NCBI GenBank assembly: GCA_030648515.1 | Contig: JAUSHK010000005.1 | Location: 228,895-278,130 of the forward strand | Length of the DNA stretch: 49,236 nt | Reading direction: 5' to 3' | DNA from: Candidatus Jorgensenbacteria bacterium | Lineage (GTDB): Bacteria; Patescibacteriota; Minisyncoccia; UBA6257; GWB1-50-10 | Shown: positions 9,616 through 20,300 of the stretch, piece by piece | Position numbering within the stretch: the first letter of the stretch is position 1 | Layout: each line of letters opens with the position of its first letter | Notes under the pieces: model-generated | The model's database searches: none | Told to the model about the DNA's origin: nothing | Seen by the model: only the letters and a program-made list of their open reading frames with translations | Program-made: the position numbers and the translations under genes

Positions 9616-11343
9616 TTATGTCGACTCCTGTATTACTTGTTCCAAAGAAACTTCGCCGAGGAGCGCTTTTATAACTCCGTCTTGACGCAATGTCATCATA
9701 CCTTGCCGCTTTGCTTCCGCCCATAGCTTTCCTTCCGTAAATCCGCTGCTTATAAGGTCGCCCAGTTCTGGCGTCATTTTGAAAATCTCAACGATTGCGA
9801 CGCGCCCTGACACTCCTTTCCCTTTGCATGTTTTGCAATCCGGCTTATTCCCTGTTTTGTACAGCGTGAACGGCGCCGAGGTTTGTTTTATGCCGACACG
9901 CGCTTCTTTAGGAAGTTCTTTGAGCGTTTCTTCAATAATTTCTTCCATTTCTTTTGCCGCCGTGAATTTTTCTTTGCATTCCGGACACAAGCGAAGCACA
10001 AGGCGCTGAGCAATCATAATATTGAGCGCCGAGGAAAGTAGGAACGGCGGGACGCCCAAATCAACGAGCCGCGGCGGTACGCCGATTGAATTATTCGTGT
10101 GGATTGTCGAGAGCACGACGTGGCCAGTCAAGGCCGCGTTCACCGCGAGGTTTGCCGTTTCAGAGTCGCGGATTTCGCCGACCATAATCACATCGGGGTC
10201 CTGCCGGAGAATTTGGCGGAGGCCCGACGCGAACGTGTATCCGATTTCCGGCTTCACCTGCGACTGGTTGATGCCCTCCATAAAATATTCAACCGGGTCC
10301 TCCAAGCTCACAACGTTTACCGTATCCTTATTGAGCTGCTGCATAATCGCGTAGAGCGTCGTCGTCTTACCGGATCCCGTAGGACCGCTTATTAAAATCA
10401 TGCCGTACGGGCGGCTCGTTCCTTCGCTGATGATTTTAAGATTGTAGTCGGAAAGCCCTAAACTGCTCAGTCCGCGGAGGCCCGTCTTCGGGTCAAGAAC
10501 GCGAATCGCGACTTTCTCGCCGGCTGGCGTCGGAAACGTGGCAACGCGGTAATCAATGTCGCGTCCGAATAAAAACGTACGGAAACGGCCGTCCTGCGGA
10601 ATTCTGTTTTCATCAAGCTTAAGTTTTGCAAGCACTTTAACGCGGGAAACAACCGGCTGAACAAGGCTCGACGGAAGCGATGCAACTTCTTTAAGGTCGC
10701 CGTCAGTGCGGAATCTAACGCGGAGGCGCGTGCGTTGCGGTTCTATATGAATGTCGGATGCTCCGGTTTCAACCGCCTGCCGCAACGTTGACGCAACGAT
10801 TTTAATAATAGGCGCGTCTTCCTGGCTTCCTCCCTCTTCGAGTTCCACCCCCTTGTCTTCTTTTGCATCTTTACCTATTTCGCTAACCGCCGCGGCAATC
10901 TCGTCTTTATATGGAGCGTACCGCCTCCACACCGCGTTTAAATCAGAGAGTGTTATGAGGTAGACGCCGAGACTCAGTCCGCTTTGCTTTGCGATGAATC
11001 TAAGCGCTTCCTGTGCCCGCTCGTCGTCCGGACGAAACATTCCGACAACAAGCATCCCTTGCCGCTTTTCAAGCGGCGCCACTTTGTATGTCGTTGACGT
11101 TTCCTGCGGGATAAGTTTCAGGACGTCATCAGGAATCGCCGCCGCGTTTACTTTTTTGTATGGCGCGCCGGTTAGTTCCGCTTTTACTTTCGCGATTTCA
11201 ACTTCGTCCCCCGCGTGCTCATCGTATAACAAATCTTCTGGCGGGCGGTTTGAATACTGAGCCGTTGAAAAAATTCGCGAAGCAACTGATTGCTCCACGA
11301 TTCCGCGTTCAACAAGCGCTTTGAATAGCTCTTGGTCTGTCAT
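9616..11343 (-). CDS. pilB: type IV pilus assembly ATPase (GspE/PilB)
   Basis: ASDIHIEP, PQDGR, GPTGSGKTTT, LRQDPD and a Zn-binding CxxC pair. Confidence 0.95.
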   Translation of the reverse strand: MTDQELFKALVERGIVEQSVASRIFSTAQYSNRPPEDLLYDEHAGDEVEIAKVKAELTGAPYKKVNAAAIPDDVLKLIPQETSTTYKVAPLEKRQGMLVVGMFRPDDERAQEALRFIAKQSGLSLGVYLITLSDLNAVWRRYAPYKDEIAAAVSEIGKDAKEDKGVELEEGGSQEDAPIIKIVASTLRQAVETGASDIHIEPQRTRLRVRFRTDGDLKEVASLPSSLVQPVVSRVKVLAKLKLDENRIPQDGRFRTFLFGRDIDYRVATFPTPAGEKVAIRVLDPKTGLRGLSSLGLSDYNLKIISEGTSRPYGMILISGPTGSGKTTTLYAIMQQLNKDTVNVVSLEDPVEYFMEGINQSQVKPEIGYTFASGLRQILRQDPDVIMVGEIRDSETANLAVNAALTGHVVLSTIHTNNSIGVPPRLVDLGVPPFLLSSALNIMIAQRLVLRLCPECKEKFTAAKEMEEIIEETLKELPKEARVGIKQTSAPFTLYKTGNKPDCKTCKGKGVSGRVAIVEIFKMTPELGDLISSGFTEGKLWAEAKRQGMMTLRQDGVIKALLGEVSLEQVIQEST

Positions 11344-11347
11344 GATG

Positions 11348-11635
11348 TTACGGGCGAAATGGATTGCTTCGTCCAGCGGGCGGGAGAGAAGAAGGCGTGC
11401 TGTAATCTTGAAGCAATTTGAATGTTGGAAGGTTTAATATGCTCGTCGGGTCTATGCTCGTATTTGAGAGCTGGCTCACATTTTGAAGAGTCGCAGGAGC
11501 AACTTGGTCAATAACGCCTGGGTTGCTGAAAAACACGTAGTATCCTCCGGCGAAAAGGAGAGCGACTATAATGACGCCCGCTGTGATGCCTATCCAGTTT
11601 ACCGGCCGTTTTTCTTCTTCAAGTAATATAGCCAT
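11348..11635 (-). CDS. small single-TM protein of the pilus operon (PilP position)
   Basis: One TM helix and a C-terminal GRSNPF; lies between pilO and pilB. Confidence 0.7.
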   Translation of the reverse strand: MAILLEEEKRPVNWIGITAGVIIVALLFAGGYYVFFSNPGVIDQVAPATLQNVSQLSNTSIDPTSILNLPTFKLLQDYSTPSSLPPAGRSNPFRP

Positions 11636-11644
11636 AGTGTTTAG

Positions 11645-11672
11645 TTAGTAGTTTGTAGTGGGTAGTTGGTAG
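11645..11672. repeat. intergenic heptamer tandem repeat, 4 units (CTACNMA on the minus strand)
   Basis: ttagtag tttgtag tgggtag ttggtag. Confidence 0.6.
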
Positions 11673-11686
11673 GTTCCGGTTATTAG

Positions 11687-12265
11687 TTACTCCTGATAGT
11701 ACATCTCAACTTTTATATCCATTTGTTCCGGCCCTCCGGCGCGCTGCTGACCGTTTCCCTGCCCGAGCGCTGATTGGTATTTGAATTCCTGTACGTTTAC
11801 TATCCGCGCGTTTGTTTCAAAAAGCTGAAGAAATTGCCTCAGTGCTTCATAACTTCCCGCGGCGCCGAGCGTCACTTCAAGCACGCCGATTTTTTTGAAA
11901 AACGTGCTTGGTGCTGGACGCGACGCCGCCTCTTTAAATCCGAGCGACGTTAATGTCACGCCAGTCCGATTTGAAATCGCTTCAATTTGGCGAAGCGCAC
12001 TGATGGTGTCAACGCCGCTCGGTATCGCAAGCTCAACTTTCTTTTTCACGTCCTGCGCGTTCTGAAATTGCGAGAAAGCGCTTTGAACCTGGCCAATTGC
12101 GTCATTTTGATTTTTAAACAATGCCTCCTTCGTGCCCAGTTCCGCGCGCTTCTCGTTAACTGTTTGCATTTCGCCCTGAATAAACCACGAGTACGTTAGA
12201 AACGCCCCGAGAAAAAACACGCCCGCGAGCCCGATGCTTAAAATTCTTTTTGTTGATGCGCGCAT
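11687..12265 (-). CDS. pilO: type IV pilus alignment protein, PilO-like
   Basis: N-terminal TM and coiled coil, then GSYEALRQFLQLFETNARIVNV. Confidence 0.8.
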   Translation of the reverse strand: MRASTKRILSIGLAGVFFLGAFLTYSWFIQGEMQTVNEKRAELGTKEALFKNQNDAIGQVQSAFSQFQNAQDVKKKVELAIPSGVDTISALRQIEAISNRTGVTLTSLGFKEAASRPAPSTFFKKIGVLEVTLGAAGSYEALRQFLQLFETNARIVNVQEFKYQSALGQGNGQQRAGGPEQMDIKVEMYYQE

Positions 12266-12282
12266 AATGTGTAGTTTAAAAA

Positions 12283-12852
12283 TTACGGGGTAAGCGGCCG
12301 CTTAAAGAAATCGGGCGTAAATGTAATCGTAAACGAAAACCCGACGCCGCCTCCTTGGAGATTTACTTCATTGAGTACGACATCCTTCACGTTTTTCTGA
12401 TCCGCTTCAATAACCGCGATTTGCCGACTTAAGTCGCCCAATGTCGGCGCAAAACCCTTGAGCGCGACTTCTTGTCTTGGGGTGCTTATATCTGCTTCCG
12501 TGAAATACACCGGCGCGATAACGTTACGCTCAAGAAACGTGAATACGTTCGCAGTAAAGCTCCGCTTCTCAAGTACCGATTTTAAATTCACTACCTGCGA
12601 ATAGAAAGTAACAAACTCCTGTTGTTTTTGCGCGACGCTTGCCGCAAGCGTTTGGATTTGGCTGTCGGCGGCCGCAATCTTTCCATTAAGGTATCCTTCA
12701 TATCCGAACGCAAGGCCAAGTTCAATAAATATCGCGAGCGCGAAAATAATAAATGAAATGATAAGTACGCGCCACGGCGTTCCAATGGAAACCTGAGCAT
12801 CCGCAAACTGTTCGCGCATGCCTCCCTGTTGTGGAATAAATTGATCAGTCAT
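12283..12852 (-). CDS. pilN: PilN-like protein (start moved to ATG 12852)
   Basis: TM, coiled coil and a ferredoxin-like C-terminus; lies between pilM and pilO. Confidence 0.65.
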   Translation of the reverse strand: MTDQFIPQQGGMREQFADAQVSIGTPWRVLIISFIIFALAIFIELGLAFGYEGYLNGKIAAADSQIQTLAASVAQKQQEFVTFYSQVVNLKSVLEKRSFTANVFTFLERNVIAPVYFTEADISTPRQEVALKGFAPTLGDLSRQIAVIEADQKNVKDVVLNEVNLQGGGVGFSFTITFTPDFFKRPLTP

Positions 12853-12856
12853 TGTA

Positions 12857-13954
12857 TTACTGTGCGAAGAAACGCAGAGCAAGACCCGCGGCTACCGCAA
12901 GCTCCCTGTTTAAATACTGGAGCACCGGCTCAAGCTCCGGGCTGTACGCAAAGCGGTTCAGGATGGCGGGGACTATTGTGGTGAGGTTCAGCTGATTTTT
13001 TATATATTCCTCAATGCCCACGAGATTTGCCCCGCCCCCTACGATTGAAAGCGACTGAATTTTCATACCGCTCTTCTTTTCGTAGGTATCCCTCACGTGC
13101 TGTGCTTCTTGTATTATAACATCCAAAAATGGGTAGAGCGATGTTGATAACTCGTATTCGTTTCCCGATTTCGAAAGACCGCGCCGGCATTTCAAATCTT
13201 CCGCGCGCACCGTGCTTATTCCAAGGCTCCGGCTGATTGCCTGCGTAAGCGTCAGTCCGCCGTGGTCTGTTTGTCCAAGCTCATGCGGAATGCCTTTATG
13301 CACGACGGTTGCCGCGGATGATTCCCCGCCGATGTCAATGATAAGCTTCGGCGTTGCTATATCTCTTTCAAATGCACGCGCTAGCGAGCTTGTTTCAATT
13401 TCGAGCGCGACGAGTTTTAACCCAGCGGCGTGGAAGATGGATCGGTATCGCGCGATTAAATTATTTGGAATGCCGGTTATGAGTATGCGCTGGACCGGCT
13501 CGTGCTGGTCGTTTTCAAACTCTCCGATTTTCACCCAGTCAACCGTCACGTTCCCCGGCTCAAGCGGAATGTACTGCCTCGCTTGGAAAGAAACTGCTTT
13601 TGCAGTGTCCTCTGAGGACATAATCGGCATATCAATCGGCGCGAAAAATGCGCCGAAGGATGGAAGTGAAGCGACGACGCGATTCGTCTTTACGCCGGAT
13701 TCGCGGACAATTGTTTTTAAGAGCGGCACGATATCGCGTTCCGAGATTTTGAGCGAGCCCGTTTGAAGCGCCGCGTTTGCTCTCCGCAGATAATCTTTTG
13801 TTTCAAGGATGCCATATGAACTCACGGCAAGCGCGCCGCGTGTCCGCGACACTTCAATGAGTTTCACGGAAACCGTCCCGATATCAATGCCGAGCACGCG
13901 GTTCGATGAGAACGCGTTTTTGATATCATTTATAAAATCACTGAATACGCTCAT
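12857..13954 (-). CDS. pilM: type IV pilus assembly protein PilM (start moved to ATG 13954)
   Basis: Actin-like fold motifs LGIDIG, ARQYIP, IIDIGG, VGGGANL and AAGLALR. Confidence 0.92.
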   Translation of the reverse strand: MSVFSDFINDIKNAFSSNRVLGIDIGTVSVKLIEVSRTRGALAVSSYGILETKDYLRRANAALQTGSLKISERDIVPLLKTIVRESGVKTNRVVASLPSFGAFFAPIDMPIMSSEDTAKAVSFQARQYIPLEPGNVTVDWVKIGEFENDQHEPVQRILITGIPNNLIARYRSIFHAAGLKLVALEIETSSLARAFERDIATPKLIIDIGGESSAATVVHKGIPHELGQTDHGGLTLTQAISRSLGISTVRAEDLKCRRGLSKSGNEYELSTSLYPFLDVIIQEAQHVRDTYEKKSGMKIQSLSIVGGGANLVGIEEYIKNQLNLTTIVPAILNRFAYSPELEPVLQYLNRELAVAAGLALRFFAQ

Positions 13955-13974
13955 TAGTATTAATAATACCACGA

Positions 13975-14718
13975 ATGAAGTGCTTTAAATTAAAAATTCG
14001 CGCAGTCGCGCATAGCATTCTTGATATTCTCTTCCCTCCTCAGTGCGCTGCGTGCGGAGTGAAACTTGCGAGCAGTTCCGCTACGGCAATATGCGAAACA
14101 TGTTTTTCAAAAATTCCCGCGCGGAGCGGCTTTATCTGTCCCGCGTGCGGACGCCGGCTTCCCGACATTCAAAATCTGTGCCATCGCGACGCCGGTTTTA
14201 TTCTCGCCGCCGCGACTGATTACGGAAATGCCGAGGCGCGCGAGCTTCTTCACGCGCTCAAATATAATCACATCCGTTCCGCGGCGCACCCGATTGCTGA
14301 AATCCTCGCGTATTACGTTACCGAACTCGTGCTTCATCACGGGCTCATTACCGCTGGCGCGCTTCTTGTACCGATACCGCTTCATCCGCGGAGAGAGCGC
14401 CTCCGCGGATACAACCAGGCGATGCTCGTGGCGCAAATATTCGCGTCAAAAATTTCTCCCGCCGATTTGCCTGTTGTCACGGACGCTCTCGCGCGCGTGA
14501 AACACACGCATTCGCAAACCGAGTGCGCGGATTATGCTGAGCGCGCGAAAAATATCGCGGGAAGTTTTGTGGTAAAAAATCCTGATACCGTTTTTGGAAA
14601 AACCGTCATTATATTTGATGATGTCTATACGTCCGGCGCGACTATGCGCGAGGCCGCGCGGGTGCTAAAACTCGCCGGCGCGAAAAAAGTTGTGGGCTTC
14701 GTGTTTGCGAAAGCGTAA
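13975..14718 (+). CDS. comF: competence protein ComF (Zn ribbon plus PRTase)
   Basis: FPPQCAAC...C, LKY, PIPLH...RGYNQA and DDVYTSGAT. Confidence 0.93.
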   Translation: MKCFKLKIRAVAHSILDILFPPQCAACGVKLASSSATAICETCFSKIPARSGFICPACGRRLPDIQNLCHRDAGFILAAATDYGNAEARELLHALKYNHIRSAAHPIAEILAYYVTELVLHHGLITAGALLVPIPLHPRRERLRGYNQAMLVAQIFASKISPADLPVVTDALARVKHTHSQTECADYAERAKNIAGSFVVKNPDTVFGKTVIIFDDVYTSGATMREAARVLKLAGAKKVVGFVFAKA

Positions 14719-14727
14719 CGGAATGAA

Positions 14728-17277
14728 TTATTGAGTCGGCTTGCCTACATTCACGCAATCGGCGTTTGTAAGGCACTGCCGTTCGGACTTCTCGCCTAAA
14801 GCGTTCGGGCCCCATTGCTTGATTGATGTGTTGCAAAAATTATTTCCGGCGCAGATCGGGCGCGGCGTTTGGTCTGCGTCTTTCGGAAGCGGCGAGGCGA
14901 GTGTTTTTGTTGCGGCTACGTTTGACCAGCCCGAACATCCTCCACTTGTTCCTCTCGGGCACAACCGCACGCGATATATGTACACCGTGTCGGAGTGGCC
15001 TATGTCCTGAAATGACGACCCGGGAGCCATCTGCGGCATATCAACAAAATATATTTCGTATTGCGAAAGCAATGTTTCCCCGTGCGCGACGAATGAATTT
15101 TTTATAAGTTCAATGGTGCTTCTAAGCTTTTCTAATGCCGCGCCGTACCAGTTTTGCAAAATATCCACTATTGTTTGCGCCTGTTTTTTAATAACGTCGT
15201 AGACCGACGCGGTGTATCCGCTTTTCATCGCAAGCGTTGCGAACTTGCTTACCGCGATTCTCGCTGACGCGATTTTTTGCGCGTCGCTCGTTACTTGCGA
15301 AACAAACTCGGAAATGCGCGGCAGCGGCAAAGAAATTTGTTCCAGTAGCGCCGCGGTTGCTACTTTTTTATTAAACACCGCTGTTACGCTGGCATTCCCC
15401 CAAAGTAATACATCGCAATATGCGCTCCCGCCGCTGCACGTTCCGCCCGACCAGTTCGTAAAAGAATATCCGGCCGCGTACATGGGAGTGAGCCGCACCT
15501 GCGTGCCACTGTCATAGCTCGTTTCGCACGGCGCGTTCATGTCTTTGCATGTTGCTTCAGCTCCGAGCCCAGGGCCGTTCAATATCGTTGCCGGCGCCGC
15601 GATAACTTTTTCCTGTACTTGGTTGCCGTACGCGCCGAGCGGCTCAAATGACGTGGTAATATTGCTTCGGAACGGGGCGAACCGCGCGGTTACCGTGGCA
15701 TTCCTTATAATTTGAAACGCGCATATTTTACTTAATGTGTTAGTGCACACGTCCTGATTCCAATCGCGGAACACGAAGAGCGCTTCCGGATTTGCGGTAA
15801 GCGTTACCGTGCTCCCGCGTATGAAAGCGGCTGAAGCGGTGGAGGAACCCACCGTGCACGTTGTTCCGCATACAATGGTATTGCCGTCGGTTATCGTTCC
15901 GCCGGCTTGCGGATCTTTCATCACCCTTACGGTGTAATATTTTTTAGCGAACGTCGCCGTTATCACCGCATTGCCGGAAACGCTGCACGTTCCAGTTCCG
16001 GAACATATTCCAGCCGGATCAGACCAGCCGACAAACACGAAATTTTTTGTCGCGTCGTCTGGATATAGGGAATCAGTAACTGGCGTTGCGGTGAGTTGTA
16101 CCGTCGTCCCCGCTTTGAATGTCACATTCTCCATCCGTGTGCATGAATTTGCTCCGCACGTTACGGCAATACTGCTAGTTGAGTCGCCTGCCGTCCCCCT
16201 GCCGTCTCCGCTTCCGATAAGCGTCACGAGAAAATCCGTTGCCTGTGACATTTCACTGGACATTGAGTATGTGTATCCGCCGCCCAGGATGTCGTAGTAT
16301 GCGCGGACTACATATTTGTACGTAGTGTTTGTCTTGAGCCCCGTGTCAGAATATTTCATCACGCCGGTTAGTGCTCCTTTTGTCGCGTAGTTGTCAAATT
16401 TTTTAATTAACAATCCATCGCGGTAAAGTTCGTATCGCGTATCTTTTTTGGAATTATCCGTCCACTGCACGTCTATGCTTGTAGTCGCAACGCTTACTGC
16501 GGCGAGTTGTGTCGGAGCGTTCGGCTGCGTTGTTATTCCCACGCTCGCGGTATACGGCCCGCACGGCGTGTTCGGTTTTGCATTCAAATCAGCATTTATA
16601 TCACCCGCACCTTTAACTGTGTAAAAACTTGCAACATCAATCGTTGAACAAACAGTCGCGCGGTAGTAGTACGTCGTTGCTTCGCCAAGTCCGGAATCTA
16701 AAAACGCGAACCGGCCGGCGTTGGGAACAAGCACGCTGTTTTTTAGCGGCGGACTATATGTTTCACCGCGGTCGTAAAGAATTTTATTCGTAGCGTCGAA
16801 TGTTGTGAACCGTTGCGCCGAGTTCGCGTTTGAACTTCGCATAAATCTCCCGAAATACGGCGTTTTCGTCGTGCTGTTTTGCCATATGAGTTTTACGGAA
16901 TTGGGGCCGGTTGAGGTCGCCGAGAGATTTTCGCTTTGCGCCATTTCAAGCGCGATGCGCTGGATTTGAAACTGGTACGGGGTCGCCCGCGTCGCGTTAT
17001 CTCTCCAGTTTATATAAATAAGCGACGTATTATTCACGAACGCTTTTAAATCGGATGGCGCTTCGCTTCCGGTAGCTGAAATGCTTCTAACTGCAGCGGG
17101 CGCGGAAACGGCCGGAGCTTGCGCTACAGAAACAGCGGGCGCCGGCGGCGCTGGTTCGGCAAGTTTTACGTTCGCCTGCTGAGCCGGCTGTGTTTGAGCC
17201 GGCGGAAGCGTGCGCACGATAAAAATCACTTCTATTACAATTATGAGCGAAACAACAAAAAACAAAACTATCCGCAT
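14728..17277 (-). CDS. large secreted/anchored FN3 and B-repeat surface protein (start moved to ATG 17277)
   Basis: N-terminal hydrophobic anchor, Pro/Ala linker, FN3 motifs (WTDNS...YELYRDG...YKYVVRAY), B-repeat-like units (VTLTA.P...F..W...C) and a Cys-rich C-terminus. TATAAT sits 7 nt before ATG 17277. Confidence 0.85.
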   Translation of the reverse strand: MRIVLFFVVSLIIVIEVIFIVRTLPPAQTQPAQQANVKLAEPAPPAPAVSVAQAPAVSAPAAVRSISATGSEAPSDLKAFVNNTSLIYINWRDNATRATPYQFQIQRIALEMAQSENLSATSTGPNSVKLIWQNSTTKTPYFGRFMRSSNANSAQRFTTFDATNKILYDRGETYSPPLKNSVLVPNAGRFAFLDSGLGEATTYYYRATVCSTIDVASFYTVKGAGDINADLNAKPNTPCGPYTASVGITTQPNAPTQLAAVSVATTSIDVQWTDNSKKDTRYELYRDGLLIKKFDNYATKGALTGVMKYSDTGLKTNTTYKYVVRAYYDILGGGYTYSMSSEMSQATDFLVTLIGSGDGRGTAGDSTSSIAVTCGANSCTRMENVTFKAGTTVQLTATPVTDSLYPDDATKNFVFVGWSDPAGICSGTGTCSVSGNAVITATFAKKYYTVRVMKDPQAGGTITDGNTIVCGTTCTVGSSTASAAFIRGSTVTLTANPEALFVFRDWNQDVCTNTLSKICAFQIIRNATVTARFAPFRSNITTSFEPLGAYGNQVQEKVIAAPATILNGPGLGAEATCKDMNAPCETSYDSGTQVRLTPMYAAGYSFTNWSGGTCSGGSAYCDVLLWGNASVTAVFNKKVATAALLEQISLPLPRISEFVSQVTSDAQKIASARIAVSKFATLAMKSGYTASVYDVIKKQAQTIVDILQNWYGAALEKLRSTIELIKNSFVAHGETLLSQYEIYFVDMPQMAPGSSFQDIGHSDTVYIYRVRLCPRGTSGGCSGWSNVAATKTLASPLPKDADQTPRPICAGNNFCNTSIKQWGPNALGEKSERQCLTNADCVNVGKPTQ

Positions 17278-17299
17278 TAGGTTTATTATATCACCAATA

Positions 17300-17331
17300 A
17301 AATCCGCTCCGACTTTTTGCCGGAGCGGATT
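17300..17331. other. intergenic stem-loop
   Basis: aatccgctccg-9 nt-cggagcggatt, a perfect 11-bp stem between the two surface-protein genes. Confidence 0.55.
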
Positions 17332-17347
17332 CCGCTTCAAATTTTTT

Positions 17348-17368
17348 CTACTCACTACCAACTACTCA
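17348..17368. repeat. heptamer tandem repeat, 3 units (CTACNMA on the plus strand)
   Basis: ctactca ctaccaa ctactca; same family as 11645-11672 in the opposite orientation. Confidence 0.5.
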
Positions 17369-17381
17369 CTTCCGTTACTAC

Positions 17382-20300
17382 CTACCTCTCCCTGAACGTC
17401 TGGTCCGCGCGGCCGACATCGCGGCAATCGGCGTTTATCTGACATTGTTGTTCCGATTTTTCATTGGCGCCGTTGTAAGATTGCGTGATTGAGAAGTCAC
17501 AGAAGCTTGGCTTACATATCGGCCTGGCGGTGCTATTTGAAATAATTCCTGCGCTATCAAGCGTCTTTGTTGCCACCATATTTGACCACGGGGTGCACGT
17601 ACCACCCGAGCATAATCTCACGCGGTAGACGTACACTGCGTTTGCGGTAAGTCCCATGTCATTATAGAAAGAGTCTGCTAAGCCACTCTTAATTGAAGTG
17701 AAGTAACTTTCTTGTATAGACGATTGTCCGTGAGCGGTAAACAGGTTCATCATGAATTCGGATGCGCCGTTTAGCGCGTCTGATATTGTGCTATACACAT
17801 TGAGCGGCGCGATTATTTTTTGCGAAGAGCTATTAAACGCCGCGTTGTATGCCGAGGCAAAGTTTGTATTTCTCTCCGGCACGCTGATTCTGATACCCTC
17901 CGAGATTTGTGAGAAAAACGCGCCTACACTCGGAAGTGAGAATGAAACCTGATTTGAATTGAGCGCGCTTGCCGTTGTTTTAGTAAACACTGCGGTTGCC
18001 TGTCTTGAGCCGACAATCTGAGCAGTGTCGCATACTGGCGATGTACTGCCAAAACATTCTCCTGTCCCCCAATGCGTGAAAGAGTATCCGGTAACTGGCT
18101 GAGCGCTCAACCGCATTATTGTATCGGTTGTTAAACTTATTGCGCACGGAGACATGGAATCCACGCAGTTTATTGAGCCGCTCCCGCCGCCGGTAGCTGT
18201 TCCAGTAACCCGGTTTCCATTTGAACCCGCCGGCTGAATTGTCACTGTGAGCGTACTTACGGATGAGGCGAAGTTGGCGGTTGTATCTGCGTCCCGTGTT
18301 ACCTGGAAGCTACAAGTTAGATTACTTATGCCATTGCACGGCGATGGAGCAATTTGGCCTGAGGGATCTGTTGATATCCAAGAAGAGAGAATGTAATTAA
18401 CATTGGGGCTCGCGGTAAATTGAACGGTTTGTCCGCGTTCTATTATTCCCGAACAAACTCCGCTTGCGCACGAAAGGTCATTTGAAGCGATTAATCCTTT
18501 ACCGCCATCATATCGGGCGTACACCCTATAATATTTGAGCGCGAAGTTTGCAGTTATATCTGCATTGCCAGAAAGCGTGCATTTTTCGCCTTTTGCGCCG
18601 CTTATGTTTTGGCAACTACCGCCCCATCCGGCAAACACATAATCTCCTTGTGCTTGTGTCGCAGTGAGTGTGACGGTTTGGTCATTTTTGAACACAATAC
18701 CAGTGCATGTGGTTTCCCCTGGGTTGGGCCCGCAATTAATTTTATCTCCACTGACGCCTGGAATATCACTCGTCACGGTTCCCTGCCCGTCACCGCCTCT
18801 TGTAACCGACACGATATAGTCAGTTTTCTGATTTACCGCTATCTGGTTTGAGTATAGTTTGCTCTGCCCTCCTGGAATATTGTAATAGGCGCGCACTGTG
18901 TAGGCGTATGTAGTACCCGCATTAAGCCCGGCATCCGTATACTCTATGGTATTTCCAACGGTGCCTTTTATAGTTGCGCTGGATTCAAGCGTCTTAATTA
19001 CCGCGCCGTCGCGCACAACTTCGTACCCAGTTTCTTTTTTGGAATTATCAGTCCATGAGAGCTTAATACTTTTATCCGTAACTTGGACCGCTTGCACGCC
19101 TGACGGCGCGTTCGGCCACGTTGTCGTTTTAACAGACGTTGTATACGGCCCACATGGAGGATTAGGTTTCCCCGCGCTCAAATCCATATGCGCGTCCGTT
19201 GCCCCTTTCTTTGTGTATATATCCGGAATCGGAAGCGATGAACACGCGCGCGCCTTGTACCAATACGTCGTAACTTCATCAAGACCATTCCCTTGGTCCA
19301 ACGAGTATGTCGGCGACGCCATGGGCCCGTTTTGTTGCGTGTTGTCTTCCACTGTCTTCACTGTTGAGAAATTCTGGTCAGTGCTTCTCGCAAACTGCCC
19401 CGTGAACGGCTTTGTTGTGCTATTTTGCCACACAAGTTTTGTGGAATTGGACCCAGTTGATGTCGCGGTAAGGCCGGTGCTTTGCGCCATATCCAAACCG
19501 AAGCGTTGAATTTCAAACGTGTATGAGCCAGCTGGACGCGTGGAATTATCTTTCCAGTTCAGATAGACAACCTTGTCGCTGTTTGCAAACGCTTTGAGGT
19601 TTGACGGCGTTTCATTTGTTGTTTGCGCCGTTCTGCATGGCTGCGTGTTTTCTATTTCCTTTGTAAATTGCGGCGCCGGGCTTGAGTATGCCGCGTCCAA
19701 CTTATAGTAGTAATCCACGCCTGATTTCAGGCCGACATGAGTATATAAACCGCTGCTTGGTGACGGTGAATTTATTTTTGTCCACACGCCGGAAGCGCCT
19801 TCTTTATATAAGAGAGCGAGTGTATGCGGAGCATAGGTTGTGTAAGACATGTCTGTGTAACGCTTGGTCCAATTTACATCAATCGTGTTCTGATTCTTCG
19901 GCACGCACGTTGGCGGATAGTACGGGTCCAGTGCGGAAAATGTAAACGAATCGCTTACTTTTGAATTGTCCTTTTTCATTGCCTTCACTGTTATATTATT
20001 TTGGTTTACCTGCGGCGCGGTATATGTCGCCTCCCCGTAGGTGTCGGTGCTCTCGGGAGTTATTGAACCGCACGTTCCACCTGGTGGACAGGTTATGGAC
20101 CAATCAGCCCCCAACCCCGAACTCACCTTTGTTTTAAATTGTTCAAGGATTGCGAGGTCTCCATACGGCTCTGTTATGCTAAATTCTCCAGGCGGCGTTG
20201 TGAACGCCACATATTGGCCGTAACCCGTGCCCCCCGCGAAGTTTGTCGCGAATGCACGGACGTGATATGTGACGCCAGGGGTAAGTCCCGTTAGCGAGCC

